Of a stretch of DNA of 64,000 bases, positions 10,998 through 21,355 are shown piece by piece. Below the pieces are notes generated by a model. That model did not search any database. It saw only the letters and a program-made list of their open reading frames with translations, and had not been told where the DNA came from. Position numbers and translations under genes: made by a program. Position 1 is the stretch's first letter, and every line of letters starts with the position of its first letter. The stretch is from an uncultured cyanobacterium (GTDB lineage: Bacteria > Cyanobacteriota > Cyanobacteriia > Phormidesmidales > Phormidesmidaceae). The stretch spans positions 96,001 to 160,000 of the forward strand of contig CAWBZI010000001.1 in NCBI GenBank assembly GCA_963793265.1, in the 5' to 3' direction.

Positions 10998-11525
10998 CTA
11001 AAACTTCAGATAGTGCAAAAGTTCAGCCGTCGCTTTAGTCGTTAGCCTGAGTCGCTGCTGAAGATCTGCCAAATCTTTATAGGGGCCTGACTGCCGGTAA
11101 TAGACAATAGCGCGACCCAAAAAAGTATCGACAGTAGGAATAGTCACTAGCGCCTCAATCGTGGCTGTGTTCGCGTCTATAGCAATTGGTTCAAGGCAAC
11201 GCTCAGCGCTGTAATAGAGAAACTGAAGCGCACTGCTCCACGGCTGAATTTGCTGAATCGGGATACTCAAAGCCGCTGCTACATCTTCTAAACAGTTAAA
11301 AGAAAGTCCGTTACCAGTCAGTGCCGTCAAAGTGCGAGCCTGGTGAATAGAGATGCCAGGTAGCCTCAGCCAATCGTCAACAGTCGCCTTATTGGCTTCT
11401 AAGCGAAAGCCCCAGCTAGCGGCAAGCTGAAGCTCTTCAAAGGAGGTAAAGCGGTAGTAAGGCTCTTGCTGCAACCGGCGGCGTAACGGATGAATCTGGG
11501 CTTTGGCCCAAAGCTTTTTGAGCAT
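10998..11525 (-). CDS. ComEA-like helix-hairpin-helix DNA-binding protein
   Basis: Two HhH units (ANKAT..DW.RLPGI; DANTAT.EAL..IP). Confidence 0.8.
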   Translation of the reverse strand: MLKKLWAKAQIHPLRRRLQQEPYYRFTSFEELQLAASWGFRLEANKATVDDWLRLPGISIHQARTLTALTGNGLSFNCLEDVAAALSIPIQQIQPWSSALQFLYYSAERCLEPIAIDANTATIEALVTIPTVDTFLGRAIVYYRQSGPYKDLADLQQRLRLTTKATAELLHYLKF

Positions 11526-11538
11526 TGAGTTTAAGTCT

Positions 11539-12039
11539 CTAAACCTGTGCTAGTAGCTTACGACGCTTTTGTTCAAACTCGTACTCGGTAATTAGCCCTT
11601 CTTGACGAAGCTGTTCTAGTTCTCTAAGGGCGTTTGCAACCTGAGTTGCTACCTGAGCTGTCGCTGTCGAACTAGCCGCCGAACTAACTGTCAAACTGGC
11701 CGCTGTCGTCCTATCTGTTGAATTGACCTCTGAGCCATCTGTCGAGCTAGTAGCGCTATCAGATAGAGCGGCGGGAAGGCCAACTTCGGGAAAGTGACTT
11801 GTGAAGCTATCGTCGCTTTGGGTGAGATACCAAACGCCTTCTAGGCAGCAGGCGACCTGTGGCAAAAAGGTAGGAGCAAGCACTAGATAAACAATTCCCC
11901 ATAGGTACTGTCTCAGGTAGAACTTGTGGAGCCAGGCTAGCGGTAGAGGAGTAGGGAGGGCTCCGGCAAACGCCAGGGCGATCGCAACTTTACGATTATG
12001 AGTAGCAGACATCAGCGCAGGACAGCCATAAATAGCCAT
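11539..12039 (-). CDS. TM2/NINE domain membrane protein with C-terminal SHOCT
   Basis: RKVAIALA...LHKFYL.Q..WGIVYL; C-terminal LRELEQLRQEGLITEYEFEQKRRKLL. Confidence 0.8.
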   Translation of the reverse strand: MAIYGCPALMSATHNRKVAIALAFAGALPTPLPLAWLHKFYLRQYLWGIVYLVLAPTFLPQVACCLEGVWYLTQSDDSFTSHFPEVGLPAALSDSATSSTDGSEVNSTDRTTAASLTVSSAASSTATAQVATQVANALRELEQLRQEGLITEYEFEQKRRKLLAQV

Positions 12040-12113
12040 TTATATTGATTGACTGGGCATTTTAGAGGGTAATCGTCTGCATCACGAACCGATTAGTAGA
12101 GCCGCTTTTTTGC

Positions 12114-13067
12114 ATGTCAGAAGCCGAACTTTTTACCGAACTGACAACCCTAGTCGAGATTGATCCCTTTGCACTAATAGGGGTTTCAGTAAGTGCTGAC
12201 GAAAAGCGAATTGCAAAACGATATCGGCATATTGCAAAACAACTCCACCCGGATGCACTCGCTAGCGGCAGCGTCGCTGAGGGAATGAATGCAACCATCG
12301 CAGCGCAGGTGATAGCGCGTATTGTAAACCCCTCTTACCAAAAGCTCAAACACGAAAAAGGTAGGCAGGAATCGCTGACAACTATTCGGTTTAGAGTCAG
12401 GCGTTTGGTGCGTACTGAAAAGCTACTGCCAACGTTTAAGAGTGCTCAGCAGCTTGCTGATATTGATGATGAAAACGTAGACATTTTTTACGAACAGTGG
12501 ATGACGTGGTTCTCAGAGCGTCAGTTCCAATCACTCGATAGTTTGTATACGCGATCGCTAGAAATCAGTCAGCTCAATCTAATCTTTCTCAGTCGCAAGT
12601 TAGAAAACCTCGTCATCAGGCCCAAAAGAGCTGGGCTAATCTCAGCGGCGGTCACACCAACCGCGGCCGTTGCCGCAAAAACCGCTGAGGCTACCGAGTC
12701 CTCAGAAGCAGCTTCACCAGACACCCCTGATATCAACTACGCTCAAAAACATACGTCTAGAGCTAAAACATATCTCACACAGCAGAACTATGAAATGGCT
12801 GTGCAGGAGCTACGTGAGGCCCTAAAAATTTCACCCCAGAACCCAGAAATTCACTCAATGATCGGTCAGGCTTACTACCGTCAAAACCTGTCAGGCATGG
12901 CCAAAACCTACTTTCGCCAGGCGCTCAAGCTCAAGCCCACCCACAAAGTTGCGCTGAAATACAGCAAGCTGCTCGGTATGTCAGGCGAAGAACAGCTCAG
13001 ACCCTCTCCGCAAGCCTCTGAAGACATCCCTAAAAAGCAATGGCTCGGTAAGTTGCTCAGGCGCTAG
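12114..13067 (+). CDS. DnaJ-domain/TPR protein
   Basis: J-domain with HPD (IAKRYR.IAKQLHPD); C-terminal TPR. Confidence 0.85.
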   Translation: MSEAELFTELTTLVEIDPFALIGVSVSADEKRIAKRYRHIAKQLHPDALASGSVAEGMNATIAAQVIARIVNPSYQKLKHEKGRQESLTTIRFRVRRLVRTEKLLPTFKSAQQLADIDDENVDIFYEQWMTWFSERQFQSLDSLYTRSLEISQLNLIFLSRKLENLVIRPKRAGLISAAVTPTAAVAAKTAEATESSEAASPDTPDINYAQKHTSRAKTYLTQQNYEMAVQELREALKISPQNPEIHSMIGQAYYRQNLSGMAKTYFRQALKLKPTHKVALKYSKLLGMSGEEQLRPSPQASEDIPKKQWLGKLLRR

Positions 13068-13210
13068 CATGAGTGGGGATATCCACCTTGGCGAGTGGGC
13101 TGTTAACTTTTACGCTATAGCTATCAAGTACACGTTAAAAACGCGCCTGCCCACTGCCTTAACAGCAGAGCTACAGGCGTACCCTTGGAGCGGTAAGAGC
13201 GGTAAAAATC

Positions 13211-13531
13211 ATGGGAATGTTTGACTCAGACCTAGTGCAGCAAGAAGCACAGCAGCTATTTCAGGACTACCAGTCCTTGATGCAGCTAGGCGGTAACTAC
13301 GGCAAGTTTGACTCGAAAGGTAAAAAGATCTTTATCGAGCAAATGGAATCGGTCATGGAGCGCTACAAAATTTTTATGAAGCGCTTTGAGCTATCAGAAG
13401 ACTTCATGGCCAAGATGACCATAGAGCAGCTAAAAACGCAGCTCAGTCAGTTCGGCACTAATCCTCAGCAGATGTTTGATCAGATGAATCAAACGTTAGA
13501 AAGAATGAAAGCCGAAGTCAAAGAAGACTAG
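13211..13531 (+). CDS. DUF1825 family protein
   Basis: Conserved cyanobacterial pattern FDS..VQQEA..LFQDYQ, FMKRFELSEDF. Confidence 0.8.
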   Translation: MGMFDSDLVQQEAQQLFQDYQSLMQLGGNYGKFDSKGKKIFIEQMESVMERYKIFMKRFELSEDFMAKMTIEQLKTQLSQFGTNPQQMFDQMNQTLERMKAEVKED

Positions 13532-13540
13532 CGGGTAAAG

Positions 13541-15466
13541 CTACGGGCGAATAAATTCGCCGGGTGAACGGAAATTCTCAACTGGCTCGTCGCGCAGGGC
13601 TTCGACCATGAAATTACGCCATACAGGAGCCGCATAGCCACCCCCTGTAGCACCTTTGCCTAGCGGTCGGTAGTCGTCGTTACCCACCCATACGGCAGTT
13701 GCTAGCTGAGGGACGTAGCCCACAAACCACACATCACGCTGCGAGTCAGTTGTTCCCGTTTTACCCGCAGCGGGGCGACCAATTTGAGCGTTAGTTGCCG
13801 TACCCTGCGAGATAACACCTTGTAGAACGTCTGTTAAAGCTGCACTGGCCCAAGGATCTAGTACGAGCTGGGGCTTAGGTGTGTTGTCTAAAATGACGTT
13901 GCCGCTGCTGTCAGTCACCTGCATGATAAGCGTAGGGTCTGAGTGCCAGCCATAGTTTGCGAAGGTAGCATAGGCTCCTGCCAGCTCTAATGGCGTTAAG
14001 TCAACGGCTCCTAGCGGCAGCGAAATTACCGGATCCATTGGGCTCTTAATGCCGAGGGTGCGCGCAATCTCAACGACGCGGTTGATACCGACAGACTGAC
14101 CAAGCTTGACGGCAGGTACGTTACGAGAGGTTTCTAGAGCCTTGCGCAGTGGCATGCTGCCTGCAAACGAGCCGTCATAGTTTCTGGGCGAGTAGTAGTT
14201 AAACCCATCGGGATAGGTGACTGCGGCGTCATTGATTACGCTGTTAGGCGTGTACTTACCCGAAGCAAAAGCAGCGTAGTAAACAAAGGGCTTGAAGGCA
14301 GAACCGGGCTGGCGTCTGGACTGTACGGCTCGGTTGAACTGGCTCGATTCATGATCGACGCCGCCCACAAGGGCTTTAACGAAATGCGTACGTGGATCGA
14401 TGGCGACCAGTGCAATTTGGTCGGCATACGCACCACTGCCAAAGTAGCGGTAGTAGCTATCAGCGACAACATCTTCAGCCGTTTGCTGCATGTTCAAGTC
14501 GATGGTGGTCTGAATTCGCATTCCGCCTTTGGCCATCGCCTCTTCGCCAAACTGCTCTGTAAGCTCTTGCATGACGGCTTCAGTTACGTAGGGCGCTTGG
14601 CTAGAGCGGAAGGAGGTGATTTCGCCCAGGCGAATAGGTTGAGCTTTAGCAGCTTCTTGTTCGGCTGAGGTAATCCAGTTGAGATCGCGCATTCGCTGAA
14701 GCACGATGCGCTGGCGTTGCTTGGCCGTTTCATAGTCGATGAATGGACTGAAGCTTTCGGGGGCCTGAATCAGGCCAGCCATCATCGCTGATTCGCCTAA
14801 GGTGAGGTCTTTAGCTGACTTGTTGAAGTAGCTCTGGGCAGCGGTTTCTACGCCGTAGGTGTTGTGCCCCCAGTACACCTGATTGAGGTAGAGTTCAAAG
14901 ATCTCATTTTTCTCAAAGATCTGCTCAATCCGCATGGCCAGCACGACTTCTACGAGCTTGCGGCTAATGGTGCGATCGGGAGAGAGGAAGAGGTTTTTGA
15001 CAAGCTGCATGGTGACGGTAGAGCCACCTTGTACGGTTCTACCTGCGCCTAAGTTGGCCAAAAAGGCACGGGCAATACCCGTGGGATTGATGCCGCTGTG
15101 GGTGTAGTAGTAGCTGTCTTCAATCGCTAAAACCGCGCGTTTGATGTTAGGGCTGATCTCGTTGAGATCGACAACTTCGCGGTTTGCCTCATCGTGAACG
15201 CTGTCTAACAGCGTACCTTTGACATCGTAGACGTAGCTGGTTTCAGACGGCGTATAGTTGCGCAGCACTCGCACATCAGGAAGGTTGCGAAAGCTGACGG
15301 CTAGGCCGACTAAGCCACCTGCGATTACAGAGCTGCCCAGCATGGTGACGGTAAGTAGGGTAGTAGCCCCGATTTGCCCCACGTCTTGAATGTAACGAAG
15401 AACCTGAGGTGATCGCGTATTTCTGCGGGGATGAGGGCGTACTTTGCGATAGGTATTAGAAGACAC
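13541..15466 (-). CDS. Class A penicillin-binding protein (PBP1A family)
   Basis: Transglycosylase AIED, GGSTVTMQLVKN; transpeptidase SAFK, SRN, KTG. Confidence 0.93.
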   Translation of the reverse strand: MSSNTYRKVRPHPRRNTRSPQVLRYIQDVGQIGATTLLTVTMLGSSVIAGGLVGLAVSFRNLPDVRVLRNYTPSETSYVYDVKGTLLDSVHDEANREVVDLNEISPNIKRAVLAIEDSYYYTHSGINPTGIARAFLANLGAGRTVQGGSTVTMQLVKNLFLSPDRTISRKLVEVVLAMRIEQIFEKNEIFELYLNQVYWGHNTYGVETAAQSYFNKSAKDLTLGESAMMAGLIQAPESFSPFIDYETAKQRQRIVLQRMRDLNWITSAEQEAAKAQPIRLGEITSFRSSQAPYVTEAVMQELTEQFGEEAMAKGGMRIQTTIDLNMQQTAEDVVADSYYRYFGSGAYADQIALVAIDPRTHFVKALVGGVDHESSQFNRAVQSRRQPGSAFKPFVYYAAFASGKYTPNSVINDAAVTYPDGFNYYSPRNYDGSFAGSMPLRKALETSRNVPAVKLGQSVGINRVVEIARTLGIKSPMDPVISLPLGAVDLTPLELAGAYATFANYGWHSDPTLIMQVTDSSGNVILDNTPKPQLVLDPWASAALTDVLQGVISQGTATNAQIGRPAAGKTGTTDSQRDVWFVGYVPQLATAVWVGNDDYRPLGKGATGGGYAAPVWRNFMVEALRDEPVENFRSPGEFIRP

Positions 15467-15819
15467 AGGCTGACGATATTTCCTAACTTGAGGGAGCTTT
15501 TAGAACAGGCGCAGGTGGATCTACAGCTTCATGCGCAAGGGCTTTTAAGAGGCACTTCTGGCGTAGAAAAGATTATTTCGTAGCCTACTACAAAAAAATT
15601 ACGCTTCTACTATCTCGTCAATATAGATGATCTCTGACGAATGTCTAGTCTTTTCTTGACGATATTCTGAGTTTTAGTGCCACTTATGGTAAAAAGCAGC
15701 GGTTACACCGAAGCCGCTCTCGGCTTTTTAACGCTGTAATGCTGTGGTTTTTACGCCATAAAGTTACACTGGCTGTTTAAGCTGTCAAAGCCTACATTTG
15801 CCAGTTTCTATTTTATCTC

Positions 15820-17103
15820 TTGCTTGATCCTATGTCTGTTAGTACGGCCCCAGATAGCACCGCATCTTCTATCGCTGCATCAATACCAACTGAAATTCCC
15901 GCAGAATTTGCTGATATCTATCGGGGTGTGAGCGAGGTGTTTCCGTCACAGCCGGGGTCTACTGATGAGAACGATAATTTGCTCGTGCGGCTACAGCAGA
16001 GTGATCGCCCTCTACGCATCAAACTAGGCATCGACCCCACTGGCTCAGAAATTCACATGGGTCACAGCATTCCAGTCCGCAAGCTCAGAGCCTTTCAGGA
16101 TGCCGGACATACAGCCATTTTGCTAATTGGCGACTTCACCGCGCGAATTGGCGACCCCACTGACAGAGCAGAAGTGCGCAAGCAGCTAAGCGAGTCTGAA
16201 GTAAAGGCCAATGCCGAAACATACATCGAGCAAGTGCGGCCAATTCTAGACTTCGATACGCCAGGAAGACTAGAGATTCGCTACAACTCTGAATGGCTAG
16301 CCGACATAGATTTAAGCAAAATGCTGTCGCTGCTGAGCACCATGACCCTGGGTCAAATGCTGGCTAAAGAGGGCTTTGCTAATCGGTACGAAAAGGGCAC
16401 ACCCGTTTATCTACACGAGTTTTTGTACCCCTTACTTCAGGGCTACGATTCGGTTGCCTTAGAAGCAGACGTAGAGCTAGGTGGCACCGATCAAAAGTTC
16501 AATTTGGCGGTGGGCAGAGACTTGCAGCGCCACTTTGGAATGCGCCCTCAGTTTGGAATGCTGCTGCCACTATTGCTAGGCGCTGACGGCGTACAAAAGA
16601 TGTCAAAGTCTCTGGGCAACTATGTTGGCCTGCTAGAAGATCCGCTTTCGATGTATTCCAAGCTAGAGAAAACGCCAGACGCGTTGATTTTAGACTACTT
16701 CACGCAGTTGACGAGCTTACCTTTGGGCGATCTTCCCGAAAGTCCGAGAGAGCAGCAAAAGCTACTAGCAAAGGTTGTGACCGGCCAATTTCACGGCGAG
16801 CAGGCCGCTGAGCAGGCTCAACAAGATGCGCTGACGCTGATAGCGGGTCAGGCTCAGGCGGCTGAGGCGGTGGCGGAGTTTTCGCTAGCGGGTGTAGGGT
16901 TTCCAGCCAAAGCTTTCTACTTATTAGGAGCTACACCGCTATGTTCTAGCAGCAGCGAGGCCCGCCGACATATTAAGAACGGGGCTGTGAAGCTTGATGG
17001 CGAGAAGGTAAGCGATCCTAACTTGACGTTTGAGGAGCCTGCTGAATTAGTTGGTAAGGTGTTGCAGGTTGGTAAGAAGAAGTTTGTTAGGTTGATTGAT
17101 TAG
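15820..17103 (+). CDS. tyrS: Tyrosine--tRNA ligase; probable start ATG 15832
   Basis: GIDPT, HMGH (HIGH-like), [19 protein letters not shown]-terminal S4 (VGKKKF). Confidence 0.96.
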   Translation: MLDPMSVSTAPDSTASSIAASIPTEIPAEFADIYRGVSEVFPSQPGSTDENDNLLVRLQQSDRPLRIKLGIDPTGSEIHMGHSIPVRKLRAFQDAGHTAILLIGDFTARIGDPTDRAEVRKQLSESEVKANAETYIEQVRPILDFDTPGRLEIRYNSEWLADIDLSKMLSLLSTMTLGQMLAKEGFANRYEKGTPVYLHEFLYPLLQGYDSVALEADVELGGTDQKFNLAVGRDLQRHFGMRPQFGMLLPLLLGADGVQKMSKSLGNYVGLLEDPLSMYSKLEKTPDALILDYFTQLTSLPLGDLPESPREQQKLLAKVVTGQFHGEQAAEQAQQDALTLIAGQAQAAEAVAEFSLAGVGFPAKAFYLLGATPLCSSSSEARRHIKNGAVKLDGEKVSDPNLTFEEPAELVGKVLQVGKKKFVRLID

Positions 17104-17115
17104 GGGAGCAGGTAT

Positions 17116-17832
17116 ATGGAGAGTGTGGCTGAGAGGATTATTGTGCCTTTGGATGTGGCGGAAGAAAAGGAGGCGATCGCACTCATCGAAGCCATTCCTG
17201 AAGTCACCTTTTGGAAAGTCGGCCTAGAGCTATTTGTTAGCAGCGGCCCCAGCATTTTAGAAGCGCTCAAAGCTCGCCACAAGCGCATCTTTTTAGACCT
17301 AAAGCTCCACGACATTCCGAACACCATGGCAGGCGCTAGTCGGGCCGCAGGGCGCTATGGCGTAGATTTGCTGACGGTACACGCAAGTGCGGGAAGTGTG
17401 GCCCTAAAAGCTGCCCAGACGGCAGCGACTGAGGGGGCTAAGGCGGCGGGATGTTTGCCGCCGAGAGTGATTGCGGTGACACTGCTGACGAGTATTGGTG
17501 AAGCGTCACTTCACGACGAACTCAAAGTGCCGCTAGACGTAGACAGCTACACTCAAAAAATGGCGCTACTGGCACAGCAAAGCGGCTTAGGCGGCGCGGT
17601 TTGCTCTCCCCAAGAGGCCGCAGTTCTTAAGAAAGTTTGTGGTGACGACTTCTGGCTAGTGTGTCCCGGCGTTCGGCCTACTTGGGCACAAAAAGGCGAC
17701 CAGCAGCGGGCCATGACGCCCCGCGAAGCTATGCAGGCAGGTGCTAGCTATTTAGTTATAGGTAGACCGATCACCCAAGCGGATGATCCAGCAACGGCAT
17801 TTGCGCAAATCTGTGAGGAAATTGGCGAGTGA
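17116..17832 (+). CDS. pyrF: Orotidine-5'-phosphate decarboxylase
   Basis: [33 protein letters not shown]. Confidence 0.96.
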   Translation: MESVAERIIVPLDVAEEKEAIALIEAIPEVTFWKVGLELFVSSGPSILEALKARHKRIFLDLKLHDIPNTMAGASRAAGRYGVDLLTVHASAGSVALKAAQTAATEGAKAAGCLPPRVIAVTLLTSIGEASLHDELKVPLDVDSYTQKMALLAQQSGLGGAVCSPQEAAVLKKVCGDDFWLVCPGVRPTWAQKGDQQRAMTPREAMQAGASYLVIGRPITQADDPATAFAQICEEIGE

Positions 17833-18563
17833 GGCGAGGGATTATCACGCTATTAGTGGGCCTAGCTGTCAATACACTATTGATGGGCACATCAACGAGG
17901 GCTGGATTAGCTGCGCTATCTACAGGGGAAATGTCCATAGAGGAGATACCTGTAGAAGAGATTCCTATTGAAGAAGTTCCTATCGAAGAGATACCCGTCG
18001 AAGAAGAGGTATTTGAGCTAGAAGGACTCTATCAACCCATACGCCCTATCACCGCCTGTCCAACAGACTTAGAAACGCTTACGGCCCTTCTCATTCGGGA
18101 CATTCCCACCTATACCAACAGAGTCCTTCAGCGCGCTACTGCCGTCCTTTCTGACAACAACACTGACGAGATTTCTGAGCTACAAAGGCTTATCGACCGG
18201 GAGCCCTACCGCCCCTCATTCGTGCTCATCGCCGGACGCCCGGAGCTAGAGCCTGTAGACTTAAACGAATACGCATTTACAACAGATTTAGAAGCAGGCG
18301 GGCCTGTCAGACAGCTCTTTTTCACGACCCTATCGCGACAATATTCAGGACTAAAGGTGAATGAGCTACAGGAGTATCACTGGCTGTTTTTGACACAAAC
18401 TTATGAAGGCTGGTGGCTGGCATTCATGTATTCAGCAATTGACGATGTAGATACCGCGCGGACATTCACGCCCCCACGCGAAAGCAGCGAGGGCAGCGTT
18501 GGGCGAGCCGTACAGCTATGGCTTAGAGACTGCCGGGCTGGCGCAATTGATGGTCTTGAATGA
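17829..18563 (+). CDS. Conserved cyanobacterial secreted hypothetical protein with (EEIPV)-like repeat
   Basis: Signal-peptide-like N-terminus; GTGA overlap with pyrF stop; C-terminal WLRDCRAG. Confidence 0.65.
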   Translation: MRRGIITLLVGLAVNTLLMGTSTRAGLAALSTGEMSIEEIPVEEIPIEEVPIEEIPVEEEVFELEGLYQPIRPITACPTDLETLTALLIRDIPTYTNRVLQRATAVLSDNNTDEISELQRLIDREPYRPSFVLIAGRPELEPVDLNEYAFTTDLEAGGPVRQLFFTTLSRQYSGLKVNELQEYHWLFLTQTYEGWWLAFMYSAIDDVDTARTFTPPRESSEGSVGRAVQLWLRDCRAGAIDGLE

Positions 18564-18605
18564 CTCTGAAAAGTATGCGTACTTGGACTGTGCTGTCGGT
18601 TAGAC

Positions 18606-19307
18606 CTATGACTCAGCGCGGATTTCGTCTAGCTTAGCTTTCACAGCCTGAATGTCTTGCCACATGAGCCACTTAGGTTTGCCCGGTTCGCGAGAGGGGT
18701 TGCGGAGTAAGTAAGCGGGGTGAAGAATAGGCATACACAGGCGGCCTTCCCACTCAATCCAGGTGCCGCGAATTTTGGTGATGCCGCGCTTTTCGCTAGG
18801 GATGATGCCTTTGACAGCAGTCGCCCCGGTGAGCAAGACAATTTTTGGATCGACGAGGCGGATTTGCTCCAGGATGTAAGGGCGGCAAGCGTTGATTTCA
18901 GGGGCGGTGGGGTTGCGGTTTCCGGGCGGGCGACACTTTACAATGTTGCAGATGTAGGTGTCTTTTTCACTGTCTAGCCGAACGGCGGCAAGTATTTTTT
19001 CGAGTAGCTGGCCCGATCTGCCCACGAAAGGTAAGCCCTGCTCATCCTCCTGCTGGCCGGGGCCTTCACCGATGATCAGGATAGGCGCGTTGGGGTTGCC
19101 TCTACTGACGACGACATTGGTACGGGTTTCGGCAAGCTCGCAGCGCACACAGCCGTTGCAGTGGGTGGCGAGCTGATCGAGGTTATCGTAGGTGCCGGTG
19201 GGAATGGGGACTTTGGCGCTGGTTGGAATTTTGTCAGGGTCGAAGTCTGCCGGGGGCGGGGTTGCCTCCACGCCGCTCGCGCTGAAGAGATCGATCTGGT
19301 CTGCCAT
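18606..19307 (-). CDS. Uracil-DNA glycosylase family 4
   Basis: CVRCEL Fe-S cysteines, GEGPG..ED, PFVGRSG, NIVKCRPPGNR, HPAYLLR. Confidence 0.93.
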   Translation of the reverse strand: MADQIDLFSASGVEATPPPADFDPDKIPTSAKVPIPTGTYDNLDQLATHCNGCVRCELAETRTNVVVSRGNPNAPILIIGEGPGQQEDEQGLPFVGRSGQLLEKILAAVRLDSEKDTYICNIVKCRPPGNRNPTAPEINACRPYILEQIRLVDPKIVLLTGATAVKGIIPSEKRGITKIRGTWIEWEGRLCMPILHPAYLLRNPSREPGKPKWLMWQDIQAVKAKLDEIRAES

Positions 19308-19465
19308 GGATGTGTGTATAAGGGAGCACTGCCCTTTAGTTTAGAGGCAAACCCGTCAGTTAACGGGATGAGTTGCCTCTGTCGGCTGGGATTTTATGCC
19401 TAAAGATGGAGCATGTAGCCATTTTCCAACCATGATCAACTTGATGATATTCAAGTTCAAGGCTG

Positions 19466-20677
19466 CTATCGTTTCGTATTGAGAAGCTGCTGGTAGGTGA
19501 CGGTCATGCGCTGAGCGATCGCACCCCATCCATACTTCTCTTCAGCACACCGCTGCGCGTTCTCACCCCGCCGCGATCGTCCCTCTCCATCTGCCAAAGC
19601 CTCACCCAAAGCACCCGCCAAAGCATCCACTTCTGTTGGCACCACCCATCCCGATTCACTCTCTTTGATAGCAGGCCAAATATGCACCTGATCGGAAATA
19701 ACAACAGGAATTTTCGCGGCCATCGCCTCAGCCACCGCGATTCCAAAGTTCTCATAATAAGAAGGCAATACGAACACATCAGCCGCACTTAAGATTTGCG
19801 CCTTTAGCTCACCCGAAACAAAGCCACTCAAGGTCGCGCATTCAGCCCATTCAGAAGACTGGATTTGCTCGCGAATGCTGGTTTCGTAAGCTCTGTCTTG
19901 AGGGTTTGCGCCGCAGAGTAGAAAGTGAAAAGGTCTGTTGTTTTTGTGCAGTTTTGCAAGTGCAGGTAACAGAAGATCGAAGCCTTTTTTGGGATCGATT
20001 CGAGACATGAACAATATGATTGGGCGATTTGAGGGGATATTGAGGCGATCGCAAACAGCCTTCCGAGCCACTTCTCGACTCGGCAAATCGGGCAGCGCTA
20101 CGCCCAAAGGAATCACCCTCCCTGGCGTCTCTACACCAAAGCGTTCTGAAACTTTTGCTTCTAAATCGCTAGTGAAATGAATTGCTGCTGCACCTGCTAA
20201 ATTTGGCCGCTCTAACAAAGCCGCATACAGCTTTTTTACTTGTTTTTTCTTTTGCAAATCAGCCGGATCTAGTGTGCCTAGCGGACGCATTATATAGGGC
20301 AAGTTTTTCCAGCGGCAGACGGTGGCCGCAGAGGTGCTAACTGGCGAGAATAGCGCGTGAATGTGAGCAATGTCGTAGTGGTGCGCGTTGGCCCACAGCC
20401 AGCTCAGGAGGCTGGTAGAAAATTTGTAGCGGCGAAAAGGAGAGCAGCGAAAATGGATGACTTCGTAGCCGTCCTGCATGACCGGCTGGCCGAGCGGAAC
20501 GTTTAAGGGCGCTTCGTCTACGTCGCCATTGGAGTCTGTGGTGAGAATAGTAACCTGACTAATTTGGTCTTTGGGCTGCTGGGCAAGGGCAGCACTTAGA
20601 CCCTGAATCATCTGGCTAGGGCCACCGTATACAAGAGAGATAGACGGTACGATTTGGAGAACTTTTAAGGGCTTCAT
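19466..20677 (-). CDS. hpsP: GT4 glycosyltransferase, HpsP-like
   Basis: LQIVPSISLVYGGPSQM N-terminus; SRIDPKKG; ENFGIAVAEAMA; hps context. Confidence 0.75.
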   Translation of the reverse strand: MKPLKVLQIVPSISLVYGGPSQMIQGLSAALAQQPKDQISQVTILTTDSNGDVDEAPLNVPLGQPVMQDGYEVIHFRCSPFRRYKFSTSLLSWLWANAHHYDIAHIHALFSPVSTSAATVCRWKNLPYIMRPLGTLDPADLQKKKQVKKLYAALLERPNLAGAAAIHFTSDLEAKVSERFGVETPGRVIPLGVALPDLPSREVARKAVCDRLNIPSNRPIILFMSRIDPKKGFDLLLPALAKLHKNNRPFHFLLCGANPQDRAYETSIREQIQSSEWAECATLSGFVSGELKAQILSAADVFVLPSYYENFGIAVAEAMAAKIPVVISDQVHIWPAIKESESGWVVPTEVDALAGALGEALADGEGRSRRGENAQRCAEEKYGWGAIAQRMTVTYQQLLNTKR

Positions 20678-20702
20678 GGTGGCCGTGGATAGGGGCGATG
20701 GG

Positions 20703-21329
20703 CTACAGGCTATCTTGGCGGATTAGCTCGCCTGTGGCTAGATCAATCTCTAATGTTGTGCCGCCTGTTTCTACTAGCACACTTGCACCAGTTGCGTTCA
20801 GTGTAGGTTTGCTAGAGATCCACCAGCCGCTAGCGGCTTGCCGAGTGAGATCGGCGCGGGAGACGGTTGCTAGAGTTTGTTGAATATCGTCGAAGCTGTA
20901 TTGGGCAATGATGGTGCCAGTGGGATCTATGAGGGCGATCGCATAAGGACTCGCGACGTTTATGTATTCATCGAACAAAACTACATTACCGGCAGAACTG
21001 ACCATAGAAAACCTGGGGCCGTATTGCTGAGGAAGCTCTTTTTGCCATACGATGTCTTCGTCTTGGGCTTCGGTTTTAGTGAGTGTGGCTTTAGCGGTAG
21101 GCGATCGCCAATCATCAACCGCTTCAATAGTCAGCGTATAAGACCCTTCTGTGAAAGATTGCGTTACAGGCGGATGCGTGAGTCGATCTAGTGAGGCAGT
21201 TTCATCAATAGAGGCTGGCGGCTGACTCGCTTCCATTTCAAATGGTGACTGACGAGCTAGCAGAAACGACGGGATGGCCGCTAGCACGGTGACGCTGACT
21301 ATAAAAAGCAGAAATTTGACTATCATCAC
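20703..21329 (-). CDS. Secreted/membrane-anchored hypothetical protein
   Basis: 208-aa ORF with hydrophobic N-terminus, co-oriented with neighbours. Confidence 0.6.
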   Translation of the reverse strand: MMIVKFLLFIVSVTVLAAIPSFLLARQSPFEMEASQPPASIDETASLDRLTHPPVTQSFTEGSYTLTIEAVDDWRSPTAKATLTKTEAQDEDIVWQKELPQQYGPRFSMVSSAGNVVLFDEYINVASPYAIALIDPTGTIIAQYSFDDIQQTLATVSRADLTRQAASGWWISSKPTLNATGASVLVETGGTTLEIDLATGELIRQDSL

Positions 21330-21355
21330 AGTTTCTCTATTTTCTGGCTTTCAAC

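Noticed and set aside
15660..15830. T-box or attenuator upstream of tyrS (small hairpin near 15698-15730)
   Set aside because: No T-box consensus or specifier stem recognisable; only a weak hairpin
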